DNA from: Octopus vulgaris
Taxonomy: Eukaryota
Reading direction: 5' to 3'
Length of the DNA stretch: 64,000 nt
Assembly: GCA_951406725.2 (NCBI GenBank)
Contig: OX597815.1
Location: forward strand, 86,614,001-86,678,000
Position 1 is the stretch's first letter; each line of letters begins with the position of its first letter. The translations under genes and the position numbers were made by a program. The notes beneath the pieces are model-generated. The model was not told where the DNA came from. It searched no databases and worked only from the letters and a program-made list of their open reading frames with translations. Positions 1 to 12,627 of this stretch are shown piece by piece.

Positions 1-1099
1 ATCGTATCCCTTTAGTATAGCTTTTCACATTTCTGCTTCATTTTCTGACTATGCATTTACATCTTGCCCTATATCTTCATTGCACCATTCATTCCTCTCT
101 CCTTAAAATCCCCTTTTACTGGCTTGTAATCCAGCACTCAATTACAGTTAGGTTAAAGTTGTTGTTGTTAGTTTCTTAAAACTTTTATTAATATAGATTC
201 CCACTTTTACACAGAAACAGAACCACGGGTACGCTCTATGTGTATCATTCGAAGCGAAATTAACTTCATAAAACGACTCAGATTTTCTTCGCATTTATTA
301 AATAATTCATAGAATGCCTCATATTTTTAGACACTTTGCTCCAGAGAAATAGCTCTTACAATTTGGAGTCTAGGCTAAGTTTAGTGCATTGAAATCCACT
401 AACATAACCATAACTTCCTCTTTATCACGGGGTCTTTTGAAAGCTCATTTGTCTGCCGGTTTAAGTTATATGCGACTCTTGCCGCATACGAACACTTTTA
501 GAGAAAATTTTATTTCAAATATTTACTTTACAAAATCGTAAGAGCTATCCTTGAAATATGTTCCAATTGTATTAGTTTTGTTTTCGTTCTTTATATACCT
601 TTAACATTCTCTGTGTAAAATTTTGTTCTGAGGAATCCATGGGAACCAATATTATAGCAGTTAAAGGAACAAAGTCGACAGTGGTTCTTAAAGATTGTTG
701 CATGCCACTTCTAACGTTCTTCTTATGTTTTTCTTTTATTAAGTTGAGTCGGTATCGGAGTATCTAAAGTACGACCACAGGTGCCATCCAGCCTAAACTT
801 CGATAGGTGCTTTTCTTCTGTATGCTCCTTTTATTTTGGTATGTGAGGATTTTATAAGTTTGTTTTAAGATTTATGATTCCTATTATATCTATGCTACGT
901 AAGTTTATAATACCTTCGTGTGGTTGTCATTGCGTGCACCACAATATGAAGGTTTGATGAATACAGTACCGAAACATCTGTATACGTGAATGGACAAAAA
1001 AACATTTATGTATGAAGAAACTGAAATTATCTCTAAAAATATCAAGATGTGTTCTAGGATGCATACCAATCACCATTTATCGACAGCTGCGATAATTCC

Positions 1100-2030
1100 T
1101 TTCATTTCCTGAATCTACGTATCATTTTCTTGTTTTGTTGCCAAACTACTTTTACTTCTTTTTCCCTTGAAATTATTTTCACTTACATTTTGTAAATTTT
1201 TTCTGTGAGAAACAAAACTACGGAACGTTTCAATCCCTAGAATTGTATGTTTGCTTTGTTGAATCCTCCTGTTAAGCCACATTCCTTTGCTTTCCATTCA
1301 TCATTGGATGAATAAAAGAATGTAATCCCCAAGAACATAATTTTTCAGATTAGAAACGTGTCTTGGTGACATGATTTTATAGTTATAGGGTCTCTAGCAG
1401 ATAGTTGCACTACGGTGCCACTAATATATTCATATAGCCCTTTCTCATATGTGATGGCAAAAACATGTCATTGTGCCTTCGTTCTACAGTCAACAGTATT
1501 GATTGCACAAACTGACGAAAGTTTTGTAATTTTTGAATCGAACAATATTTCCATCTGTGAAGAACATCATACGAGCAATATTAAATTCTAAGCCTGAATT
1601 GCCAAAGTGTTATGATGGCGTTAATGTGAGATTGTTACCACGAACTATATACCTTACAACATCTACTTACTTGTAGTATCACACTCAAGTGTTTAATATG
1701 GTTCAAGCCATATAATATATATAGCACATCCCCATTCTATGTTCTTAAAATCTTCAGCACCGAACTGCTCAAAGTTTACAATCAAAGGACTAAATTTTGA
1801 ATACTGTCTTAATGAACAATCTGCTAATGGTGGTTATCACAAAACGGCCGCCAAGTGCCGATGGTATTCTGTCAAAAGCATTTTTATTCTTCGGGGAACA
1901 GATAACTCTATTCTAACAATCATTAATTTCACCTTTTGATAGATTATGCAAACACACATAGTGTTTTCCATTATCTGGCGGTGGAAAACATTCTTTATAG
2001 CCAAACAATTGCAATTCTAATATCTTTAAG
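1100..2030 (-). pseudogene. Highly degenerate non-LTR retrotransposon RT remnant
   Basis: Minus strand shows worn versions of RT motifs in the expected order: LAIKNVF (~2000; cf. LDIKKAFD), EWGCAI..LEP (~1730; cf. QGCxLSP), MFFTDG (~1560; cf. FADD), MFLGIT (~1330), WLNRRIQQSK (~1270; cf. EINRRIAKA). Many stops and frameshifts. Confidence 0.4.
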
Positions 2031-3225
2031 GTAAGGTAAGGGAAATAGTCACGAAGAATAATGGTTTTGTTTTCCAGCACCTTGAATAACTCTCTGTCTA
2101 TCTCTCTCTCCTTCCCTCTTTCTCTCTCTTCTATCAGTGATTAACTGTAGAATTTCCTCAGAGCCACTGGAGGTTTACTCTGTTATGTCACTTAACGGTT
2201 AGCTTTCGTTTTAAAGATGTTCAATTTAAGCAATCTTGTTATTCTAATCATCAACAAAGCCTTCTATCATGTCTTTCAAGCAAATCTCCGATCAATTTTT
2301 CTTACTCAGGAATCCATGCACATCTCATCTCATGGATTCGTAGATCGAACTACTGGTACATTGATGACCTACTTTCTGCAACACCAACAACATCTAGCAT
2401 CTCCCCCACACGTAGCAGAATCATCAATAACTAGCATCTCCAACACGCAGAGACCTAGATAGCATCCTTCGATGGAGACATACCAAACTCTTTCTCATTG
2501 AACAGAAAAACCCAAACACTACTCATATCAAGAAAACAACGTTGAACGCAACAACCCCAGAACATAAGTAGCACTCACCTACACCAGTCACAGTTCTCTC
2601 AAAAGCTGAAGCTCAATTTCACCGAGGATCTCTCCTTGTAAAAATAGATCCTTGGCATAGCTAAGACAACGTACGAAAAACTCGATATTCTCTTCAGATC
2701 CAGGAAATATTTCAGTCCATAATAGCCACTGATATTCTGGATGCCAGAAGAATAGTCGTTGTGCATATCGTTTGAAATGAATTAGCTATGATAACGATAT
2801 ATTTTCCGTCAAAATAATCAGGCGAAGAGATTTTGGCTTGATACCTCAATATTTTATCAATGCGTATTAGTTCAAAGAACAATATGTGGGGAAAATAACA
2901 ATTCAATCCATTCTTGTATTTAATTCTTAAAGCTGATTTTGAAGTTAGATTTTCATCGAATGAAAAATTACTTTTCTTATGTTCAAAAGCCAATCATACA
3001 AGTAAATAGATGTACATAAATATAGAAGCAAATATTTAGATAAATAGATAAGAAATGTCGGAATGTCGTCAAATATTTAGACAGAAAGATGTAGAAAGAT
3101 ATGTAAAGAAACATACACATTTGAAGAAAAACGCATGGGTTTACTAATATCGTTTAGATAAATGTAAATAGATGACTATAGAACTGCAAATGTTGTGGAA
3201 ATGCGTACTTATTATTGTAATAACA

Positions 3226-3288
<63 letters not shown>

Positions 3289-3289
<1 letters not shown>

Positions 3290-3458
3290 GGCATAGGAGT
3301 GGCTGTGTGATAAGTAGTTTGCTTACCAACCACATGGTTCGGGTTCAGTCCCACAACGTGGAACTTTGGGCATGTGTCTACTACTATAGCCGCGGGCTGA
3401 CCAAAGCCTTGTTAGTGGATTTGGTAGACGGAAACTGAAACACGCCCGTCGTATATAT

Positions 3459-3522
<64 letters not shown>

Positions 3523-3742
3523 ATATGTTTGTGTGTCTGTGTTTGTCCCCACCCCAAAATCGCTTGACAACCGATGCTGGTGTGTTTACGTCCCCGTAAC
3601 TTAGCGGTTCAGAAAACAGACCGATAGAATAAGTACTGGGCTTATAAAGAATAAGTGCTGGAGGCGATTTGCTCGACTAAAGGCGGTGCTCCAGCATGGT
3701 CACAGTCAAATGACGGAGACAAGTAAAAGTGTAAAGAGAGAG
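3289..3742 (+). mobile_element. tRNA-derived SINE, family 1 (Octopus CORE-type), near full length
   Basis: tRNA-like head with A box (GTGGCTGTGTGATAAG) and B box (GGTTCAGTCCC), CORE-like TTGGGCATGTGTC, internal (TA)n/(TG)n and tail CAGCATGGTCACAGTC...AGTAAAAG. Several homologous copies in the window. Preceded by (TAT)n. Confidence 0.9.
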
Positions 3743-3798
3743 TATATGGGATGTTTGAATGAATGTTTTCATATATAAATATAAGAATATATATATAT

Positions 3799-4136
3799 GA
3801 GGAGGCCCCCTTCGGTCATGAATAACCATGGGATTGCAACTAGAAAGTTACCCTCCGAGGCACAAGTCCGTGCAAGGTTATTTGTGGAAGGCCAGCAGTC
3901 TCCCATGCATACCAACCTCCCCTCACTATACCACTGATATTATCCAAGGGAAAGGCAAAGGCCAATACGGCTTGGCACTAGTTATGCCGCAACTGATTTC
4001 TACAGCTGAGTTAAATGGAGCAACCTGAAATAAAGTGTCTTGCTCAAGAACATAACACACATCCCGGTCCGGGAATCGAGCTCACAACCTCACGATTGTA
4101 AGCTCGACGTTCTAACCACAGAGCCATGCGCCTCCA
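3799..4136 (-). mobile_element. tRNA-derived SINE, family 2, with RTE-like tail
   Basis: Minus-strand head GGAGGCGCATGGCTCTGTGGTTAGA...TCGATTCCCGG. Homologous to 44219-44556 and 40103-40305. Confidence 0.88.
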
Positions 4137-4139
4137 CGA

Positions 4140-4539
<400 letters not shown>

Positions 4540-4660
4540 GTAAAAATATTATAATATGTTATAAAATATTATAATAATCCAGGTTTCTCGGAGCACTAGG
4601 CCACTTGGTGTTGAATAGATATACTATTAAATTAGTATCTAATTCTCTCACCCTTATTAA

Positions 4661-4707
<47 letters not shown>

Positions 4708-5249
4708 TATGTATATACACATATATATATATATATATATACACATATATGAATATATATATATATATATTGTATCATATTATATTATATTATATTACAT
4801 TACATTATATTATATCATATTTTATATATACAGATTTGGCCCAAAATCACTTGACAGGAAATCAAAACACATTTAATTGCAACACTTATTTATGTTTAAC
4901 AACTAAAATGAGTTTTCGCTCATAAATTGACAAATATTGCAAACAAAAACAGCGTTCAATTATTAGACATTCATAATTAGATTCAAAATTGAATATTAAG
5001 TATTTATGGAATTTTGATTTACTGTGGCGTGCATTTTGGGCAACATTGTATATTTATACATGTTATATAACTTTATGTTATAAACCTACACACACACACA
5101 TATATATATATGAGTGCGTGTGTGTGTATGTATGTATGTATGTATGTATGTATGTATGCACGTATGCATGCATGCATGTATGTATGTATGTATGTATGTA
5201 TGTATGTATGTATGTATGTATGCATGTATACGTCTATATATATATCGAA

Positions 5250-5540
5250 TAACACCGTTTACAAGACTATGCTTGGAATGACCAATTATAAACACCATTG
5301 GAACTCACAAACAAGGTACAGGAAACTTATATATACACCATACTGCTTAAATAATGGAACTGCAGATACAATATTCTTGCATATCTCACGTCTGTTTTCA
5401 TTCCTCTACTTCATTCTGTATTTCATATATTCTGTATAACTATTACTTAAACATTTTCTCGCACAGTCTCTGATGAGGGGATATATAAAATATCCCCAAA
5501 ACAGCTGTAAGTCCTTCTCTGTAAACATTAACAGCCTGTT
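5250..5540 (+). mobile_element. 3' (pLTR) fragment of a Penelope-like element
   Basis: Homologous to 8245-8410 (+) and 57340-57700 (-). Ends in an HHR motif followed by (TA)n. Confidence 0.7.
5466..5513 (+). ncRNA. Minimal type I hammerhead motif, class A (G12A mutated)
   Basis: GTCT-CTGATGA-GGGGATAT[ATAAA]ATATCCCC-AAAA-CAGCTG-TA-AGTC. Confidence 0.75.
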
Positions 5541-5541
5541 A

Positions 5542-5601
<60 letters not shown>

Positions 5602-5681
5602 GTGAAAAGGAACACACGAGTTGATATATATGAAAAAACAAGTCAAAAATAGAAAATGCTAAAATAATTTTATAGTGAAAA

Positions 5682-5725
5682 TTTCAGTACCGGTTTCGGT
5701 CATTTTGAGACCTTTTCAACTGTAA
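5682..5725 (-). ncRNA. Mirror copy of class B hammerhead on the minus strand
   Basis: Reverse complement of 5902-5945. Confidence 0.8.
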
Positions 5726-5901
5726 CGATTAAATAATTAAATTTAGAAAAATTAGAAGAAAAGTTTTTTTACCTCGAACACACAAGTGCAAACAAGGGAG
5801 TCAGAGAAAGGCAGAATGCCACTTATATCTGAACACTACTATAGAAATATTCCTTTAAAAAAACTTTTCTTCTAATTTTTCTAAATTTAATTATTTAATC
5901 G

Positions 5902-5945
5902 TTACAGTTGAAAAGGTCTCAAAATGACCGAAACCGGTACTGAAA
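5902..5945 (+). ncRNA. Minimal hammerhead motif, class B (U3-A8 core)
   Basis: TTACAG-TTGAAAA-GGTC[TCAAAAT]GACC-GAAA-CCGG-TA^CTGAAA. Stem I CAG/CTG, palindromic stem III ACCGGT, GUA site at 5937-5939. Confidence 0.8.
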
Positions 5946-5991
5946 TGTTCACTATAAAATTATTTTAGCATTTTCTATTTTTGACTTGTTT

Positions 5992-6059
<68 letters not shown>

Positions 6060-6349
6060 ATGTATGTATGGGTATTTTTTCAATGTGTACAAATGACACT
6101 TACCAGGGTAGCAAAGATTCACATAGGTGTCAAGGATGTTACAGCCTACTTATAAAGGAAGAAATTCCAGGGTTTAGTGAAATGTTTTGGAATACATTGA
6201 TAAATTACGAACTGGAGTTAAACGCAGTTGTTATTCAAATCTTTATACTTCCAAATCATGTTCCGAAGAAAACATTGGTATTATTCCTGAGGGAATAAAA
6301 TGATGTAAAACAATGTAATCATCTTATCAAAGAAAAAAGAGAAACAAAA

Positions 6350-7430
6350 CGCGCCAATAAACCATTTTAACCGAATGTGATTACCGCGTTTATGATGAAC
6401 GAAACGCTGGCAAGTTATTTTTAAAAAATAAGTTAATAGATTTAACGTCAAACACGATTTAGAGAAAGAGGAAGAGAAACTCAGAAATTAAGAGAACATG
6501 AAGAGTGGAGAGATATAGTGCGATAGATGAGTGGAAATAAAGCTTCAAAGCGTGTAAATAGATATATATAGTGGAAATGAAATGTAACAAAACAGATAAA
6601 AGTGGAATTTTTAGATTGGTAGAAATTACTTATAGGAACTAAAGATATATTTTTGCCAATGTTCGCAACGATAAACGCGCTCTTTAAACGAGAACAGAAT
6701 GATATAATGTTCTACATTACAGAGAGGACAAAAAGATTTACCTTTATCGTATGGAAAGGATCTAAATAGAATATTCCATTCCAAATTAATTTGCTAAGCC
6801 CAGTATAGTTGCGTTTATTGATATGTTTAAATGAAGAGTAATGGTTAGATATTCTTTTGGACAATAAGATGTAAAAAAAAGATGTAAGGAACCGAAAGTA
6901 ATTTTACATTGATAAACAAAGTTTCTAGCCTTAGAATTACTGCTAAGGAAATGAATGCGATTCGAATTTATATCAGAAATACTAATATTGTGGTTATTAT
7001 TGTTCAAAGAATGGTTAGTGTTACTATATCAATGTAGTTATTTTAATTGAGTGGATTTGTATTTATCAACATATGGTTATGCAAAGGGATGCTTTGTGAA
7101 AGGATTTTTGTGTTTGAAAACCCTATTCCTATTCTGCTTGGATTCATATTGGAATGGTATCTTGAATTTGGGGGGAAACTCTTATCTATAGCTTCACGAA
7201 AATGTTAAGGAAGGTTGAATTTTATCTGTTTACCATATAGAATTATCAATCAAACAATTTTACAAGGATATAGCTTGTTATTAGAGTAATTATCCTTAAA
7301 AGTCCTACATTTACTTTTATAACGCAAAAAGGGTTTTAGAGAAGGGATAATCTCCCTTACGCTGCAAAATTACAGTTTTCGATTTAGTGTTGTTATTTGA
7401 ACGAAAATTTATATTGGTACTACCGTTATC
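6350..7430 (-). mobile_element. Degenerate PLE fragment (linker + GIY-YIG endonuclease)
   Basis: Minus-strand peptides REAIDKSFPPNSRYHSNMNPSRIGIGFSNTK..LHN (~7200-7080), NFVYQCKI (~6920) and EWNILFRSFPYDKGKSFCPLCNVEHYII (~6780-6700) resemble the EN at 33770-34200. Confidence 0.6.
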
Positions 7431-7432
7431 AC

Positions 7433-7495
<63 letters not shown>

Positions 7496-7914
7496 TAATT
7501 TGTAAAGTTCGAAACCTAGGTCCTAGCTTCTCCACATATGGCTTGTACATTTATTTAATGCTCTTTCTACAGGTCAGATGAAATTTTGATCGCTCGCCGC
7601 CTGATAACATTCTGCCAGTATATATATACCCAGTGAAGTTTTACTGCAGAGTCGTATATTATCGACTGCCATTTCTAGTAAATATTGATGCGTTGTTGCA
7701 TCACTAACATAACTTTGATCAGTCTTCATCAGCTACATTTACCGAGACAATGTTTCAAATGTTGACACATCAATGCCAGTACACTCGCCTGAACGCTCAG
7801 CCGTTAGCAGAATGAAAATAGTGAAAAAGTTTTCAATGAAAAAAATATTGCAAACCAAATGTATTACTTTCCAGTAAAATATGGGTAGAAGTAAATATAA
7901 ATATACTTATATAG

Positions 7915-8620
7915 AAGATTTTAGAACATTTATAAATAGAATATTTTACAACTGTTTCCAGGATATTTATTATATCCCTTCATTGGAGACGGTGTGAGAA
8001 AATGGTAAAGCAATATTTAATTTAGATAAGATACGAAATAGAGAGTGTAGTGGAAGAACGAAAATAGACGTGAGATATGCAGGGATATTGCATTCGCAGT
8101 TCCATTATTTAGCCAAAATGGTATGCATATAAGATTGCAATACCTTGTGAGTAAAATACAATAGTATCTAAAATCCAATACTATCTAAAAGTTTTAGATT
8201 TTACTCACAAGGTATTGGAATCGTATATGTATACCATTTTGCCTAAATAATGGATCTATAAATGCAATATACCTGCATATCTCACATCTATTTTCATTCC
8301 TCCATTTTCTATTTCGTATCTTATCTAAATTAACCATTGCTTAACCTTTTTCTCACACGTCTCCTATGAAGGGATATAATAAATATCCTGGAAACAGCTG
8401 TAAGACCTTCTATTTATAAATGTTCTAAAATCTTTGTTTTTTATCTCATTCTGAAAAGAAAAAAAGTATACATACACAGGCTGATATATGGCCTACGTTG
8501 GACTCCTTATTCGCATAATCACCGAACCTGGAGCTTAACTATGGTCTATCCATAGCATTTACTCAGAATTACTTACCACCTTTGGGTCTTACTGATACCA
8601 TTACCTCTCATAGCCTCCAT
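7915..8620. mobile_element. Diverged fold-back PLE pLTR pair (~240 bp arms) with 3' extension
   Basis: 7915-8157 is an imperfect reverse complement of 8197-8435. Class A HHR motifs at 7943-7990 (-) and 8359-8406 (+). Confidence 0.8.
8359..8406 (+). ncRNA. Class A hammerhead motif with degenerate core
   Basis: GTCT-CCTATGA-AGGGATAT[AATAA]ATATCCTG-GAAA-CAGCTG-TA-AGAC. Stem I GTCT/AGAC is intact. Confidence 0.7.
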
Positions 8621-8717
8621 ATATACATGTATATACATATACACATATATATATACACACACACATATATATATATATGCATATACATATATACATATAC
8701 ACACATATATATATACA

Positions 8718-10419
8718 AAATATATAGGAATAGATGCAATCACATTCCGATTAGACAACTGCACCTATGAACTTACTTCTCGCTTCAAAAAAGAACTCAT
8801 AATAGAAGGACTAAGATTTATCCTAGGGAACAATTACTTTATATTTAATAATGACTACTTCCGACAAAAATCGGGGACAGCAATTGGAACACGGACTGCA
8901 CCTTCTTTTGCAAACCTGATAATGGGCTATCTTGAAATTGAACTATACCAGAAAACACTTGAAAAATATGGAAAATCCTTTTTAACCTACATTCAAAACA
9001 ACTGGAAAAGATATCTCGATGACTGCTTCATCCTCTGAAGTGTAGAAAAAATAATGAATTAAAAACATTTCTAAATGAAATAAATGTAAATGTCCAATTT
9101 ACGATAGAGTATAACCAGGAACAACTACCGTTTTTAGATATCCTTATAAAGAAAGTCGGGAAGAAAATAGAGACAGATATCTATTACAAACCCAAGGACT
9201 CGAAACATTACCTGCCATTTGATTCTTGCCATCCGAAACACACCAGGATGAATATCCTATTTTGTTTAGCCAAAAGAATATTCACAATAGTATCAGACAC
9301 AAACACCCGTTATACACAACTCTAGGATTAAAAATTACACTCATCAATAGGAAATACCCACAACCCTTAATCGTCAATACGATCCAACGAGTCCTTAAAT
9401 TTAATACACAAGAACTTAGTCAATCAAGACCAAAGAGGAAGAAAATTGAAAACCCTGCCTTACAACTTCACACAGAACCCACATAACAATGAGGCCTTCA
9501 ACACTATACTCCATACCACATCTCTACTCAAGAGGGACTCAAAGATGAATCAAAACCTCCAAACACACACACTCATCAAAAGTAAGAGACGGCTAAAATC
9601 AATGAAGAGGATTTTAGCCCAGGCGACATTACACTCAACAGCAACCACAAAAATGTCTGTAAATACCGATTAGAACAAGGCTAAAATTTTACCATAAAAA
9701 CTAAATTTACATGCGCATCGTTGAATTTGATATACTTAATTACGTGCTCAGGATTCAAACGGCAATATATTGGACACACAAAACAGCCTACGTTAGAGGA
9801 TGGCGGCGGACAAATCCCAAATTAGAAAATATCTGTCAGTGAACACATAGATGTGCATCCAATAAATATCCCAAATTCACAACATTTCCATTATACAAAT
9901 TCAAAGACAATGCTAACCAAAATGAACGCATTAGCAGGAAAATGCATTCGATTGAATGTATTGACCAAGTCTAAATTCTTTAAGCGCGGAATCCATTTCT
10001 GTTAAGACCCCAGGGGAGATAACTTTACGACGGTTATTATTGCTGCTTACTTGACTGCCATGGCCACCCCTTTTGAAAACAGTTTTGACCAAACTACTTA
10101 ATTTACCATCACAGACAGCAGCTGAAGTTGCTACTAGCAATGCCACAAAAATTAATGGAAATTACCACGTGCTCTTGCAGGAAAAGGAAAAGTACACTAT
10201 GAATGTTTATTTTATAAATAATGTTATTAATAATTTTTTTCTACATATTTCATTTGAGTACATATTTATTGATAAGGTTTATAAACAACCGAAACATGTA
10301 AAACAAAGACATTTATTTAATGTATTTATGTAAAAAATTTAAATGTACCTAATTTTAAAAAAAGGAACATTTTCTTTCTCTTTTTCATAAATATCTACTT
10401 ACACGTGTGTTACCTCTAC

Positions 10420-10423
<4 letters not shown>
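8718..10423 (+). mobile_element. 5'-truncated Penelope-like element (probably Neptune type): RT + GIY-YIG pseudogene
   Basis: NNYFIFNNDYFRQKSGTAIGTRTAPSFANL, WKRYLDDCFIL, QFTIEY..LPFLDILI, TDIYYKP..YLPFDSCHP and NLIYLITC..QYIGHT, with frameshifts. Ends with an HHR and (TA)n. Confidence 0.93.
10265..10303 (+). ncRNA. Class B (U3-A8) hammerhead motif in PLE 3' end
   Basis: TTGATAA-GGTT[TATAAAC]AACC-GAAA-CATG-TA, with palindromic stem III ACATGT. Stem I is weak. Confidence 0.7.
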
Positions 10424-10461
<38 letters not shown>

Positions 10462-10504
10462 GTAAATATGTATATATAAATATAAACATATGCTAACATG
10501 AAAG

Positions 10505-10539
<35 letters not shown>

Positions 10540-10634
10540 AAGTGAAAGTAATTGAAATTGAAACCATGTAATAGTAAAACCATTATATCATTACAACGGA
10601 TATGTTATTGTTTCACTTTTGACACATAATATCG

Positions 10635-10812
10635 AAACAGTGTGAGAGGTAAGAGAATGTTCCGGGCTTGCATTAGGCAAGAAGTAGAATATGATTGTCG
10701 CCCATGACACTTCATGGACCCTAAGTAAGGCATGTGTAAAATTTGAAATCAGTTGGGTAGTTCTCGAGTTTTAATGATGCACACATACATACATACACAC
10801 ATTCTCAGTTAT
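10635..10812 (+). mobile_element. Possible non-autonomous Helentron/HINE-like fragment
   Basis: TGTGTAAAATTTGAAATCAGTTGGGTAGTTCTCGAGTT followed by (ACAT)n and (TA)n, resembling HINE/DINE-type 3' cores. Confidence 0.35.
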
Positions 10813-12555
10813 ATATATATATATATATCAGAAGAAGAGAGAAAGAGTGAGATACAGTTATATCAAATTACCATGTAACATAACTTCTTGATACATTACA
10901 ACTGTGTCCACATCTAGGAAAAATACAATAATTACGTAATTACGAAATGGTAATAGGAACCAGCGTCACTCGAAAAGGGAGATAAGCTGAAGATTCTAGA
11001 AATGTCCAACGTTGAAATTCTAGTCAGAATAAGGGCAAGTTTATTGTTTAGCCTGCAGATGTGTAGGCGAGTTTATTGTTAGTTGTGAGATGTTTCTTGT
11101 TCAATAACCGTCATTAGCACTGCAGTTGTTTGACCTTATCTCCAGTGGCCAAGTAATTTAAATTATGCAAATTATCTAGGCTGTATACAAAGCACATCCA
11201 GCATTCTCAACTGACTGGACTGTTGATGGCCTTGTACACGGAAGTAGTTAGCACCTGAATTTATCTCTTTTAAATGTGGGATCCATCAGGGTTTGCCTTG
11301 GCTGCCATTCTATTCAAATATAGTATTATTGGACGCTCAGGAAAGAAGGAGGGTTTAAGTCAATATATAGCCAATGAAGGAGCCTTGGGTCTAGGTTAGA
11401 AGTGAGACATACATACATACATACATACATACATACATACATACATACATACATACATACATCAAATATACAAGAAATACCCCAACACAAACAAAATTAT
11501 GAACTTTCTCTTCAGCTCACATTTCGAACGTACCCATGCAAAAACTTTTATTATATTTCTTATATCATTGTGCTTCTGTCAGCGCCATGATCATATAATT
11601 GAAATATGAAATCGTTATAAAAATTGTCAGAGTAAAGCCTTTGAAGGAGTTAGACACGCAGATTACTGAAATGGTATAGATATTTGTCTGTGGAAGCCAA
11701 ACATTTGCGAGAGCAACGGATGCGTCCGAACTAATATATGTTCCGCTCTAAACTTAAATTAAATTATAAATAGAAATTAAACGATCTGTTAGAGTTACTG
11801 AGAATTAAATTCGCTTTTAGCGTTGAAATATTTCGTATAGTTTTCTCTTAAGTATATTTATTTCCTAATCAATGTTTTAAAATAAATACAGGAATGGGTA
11901 GTTACTTCCTTTCTGCTCTGTATCTAATTTCACCGTGTGATACAGTTGAACCCAAATTGATAAGATGAGAACAAAAATTAGAGAAATATACATGCGATCC
12001 ATGGACTGCAAAGTAGAGTTAGGTTCAAAAGTCTGCCCCGGTGCTGATGAATCTGTGTAAGGCAATAACACTACTCCTGTAGGTCGGCGCAGACTGTATA
12101 TCTTAAGAGTAAGACATACCTGCTACTGCTGCTACTGATGTCGTTATTGTTGGGTAGTTGTTTTAAGTAGCACCTAGCCCTGATCCCATTACATCTATAT
12201 TCAATATCTGGCCAATGACCAGCTTATATTTCATTTATATTCTTAACCTCATTATCCAACGTGTTCTACCATTTCTTTTAAGATAGCAAGGCAGGATTTC
12301 AGGAGTTTGGATTGAAATATCTAGCGAGACAAACGATTATGATGTGAGACGTCCACTGCTTCTTTTTCATTATTTTTTTGTAGTGGGGGCTTCTTTATCT
12401 TTTTAACAAAAGTGGATCAAATATATATATATATATCTTCATTTACACAGTTCTGAATCATACCCAACCTGATCATACTGATATGGGAACTGATTTAACA
12501 AAAGAATATTCTAAAGTAGTCACTAACAGATGTTGCATTGCATTAATATTTGCAC

Positions 12556-12627
<72 letters not shown>

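Larger units (their letters stand above)
5599..6000. mobile_element. Fold-back PLE pLTR mini-element (~145 bp arms) in (TA)n
   Basis: 5625-5770 vs 5857-6000 reverse complement with one visible mismatch. Unpaired ~26 nt tail at 5599-5624. HHR in each arm. Confidence 0.85.

Noticed and set aside
938-990. TTGATGA..ACCGAAACATCTGTA possible hammerhead
   Set aside because: Stems cannot be assigned consistently; at best a decayed remnant.
3289-3360. tRNA genes at SINE heads
   Set aside because: A and B boxes run into SINE bodies, with no complete cloverleaf.
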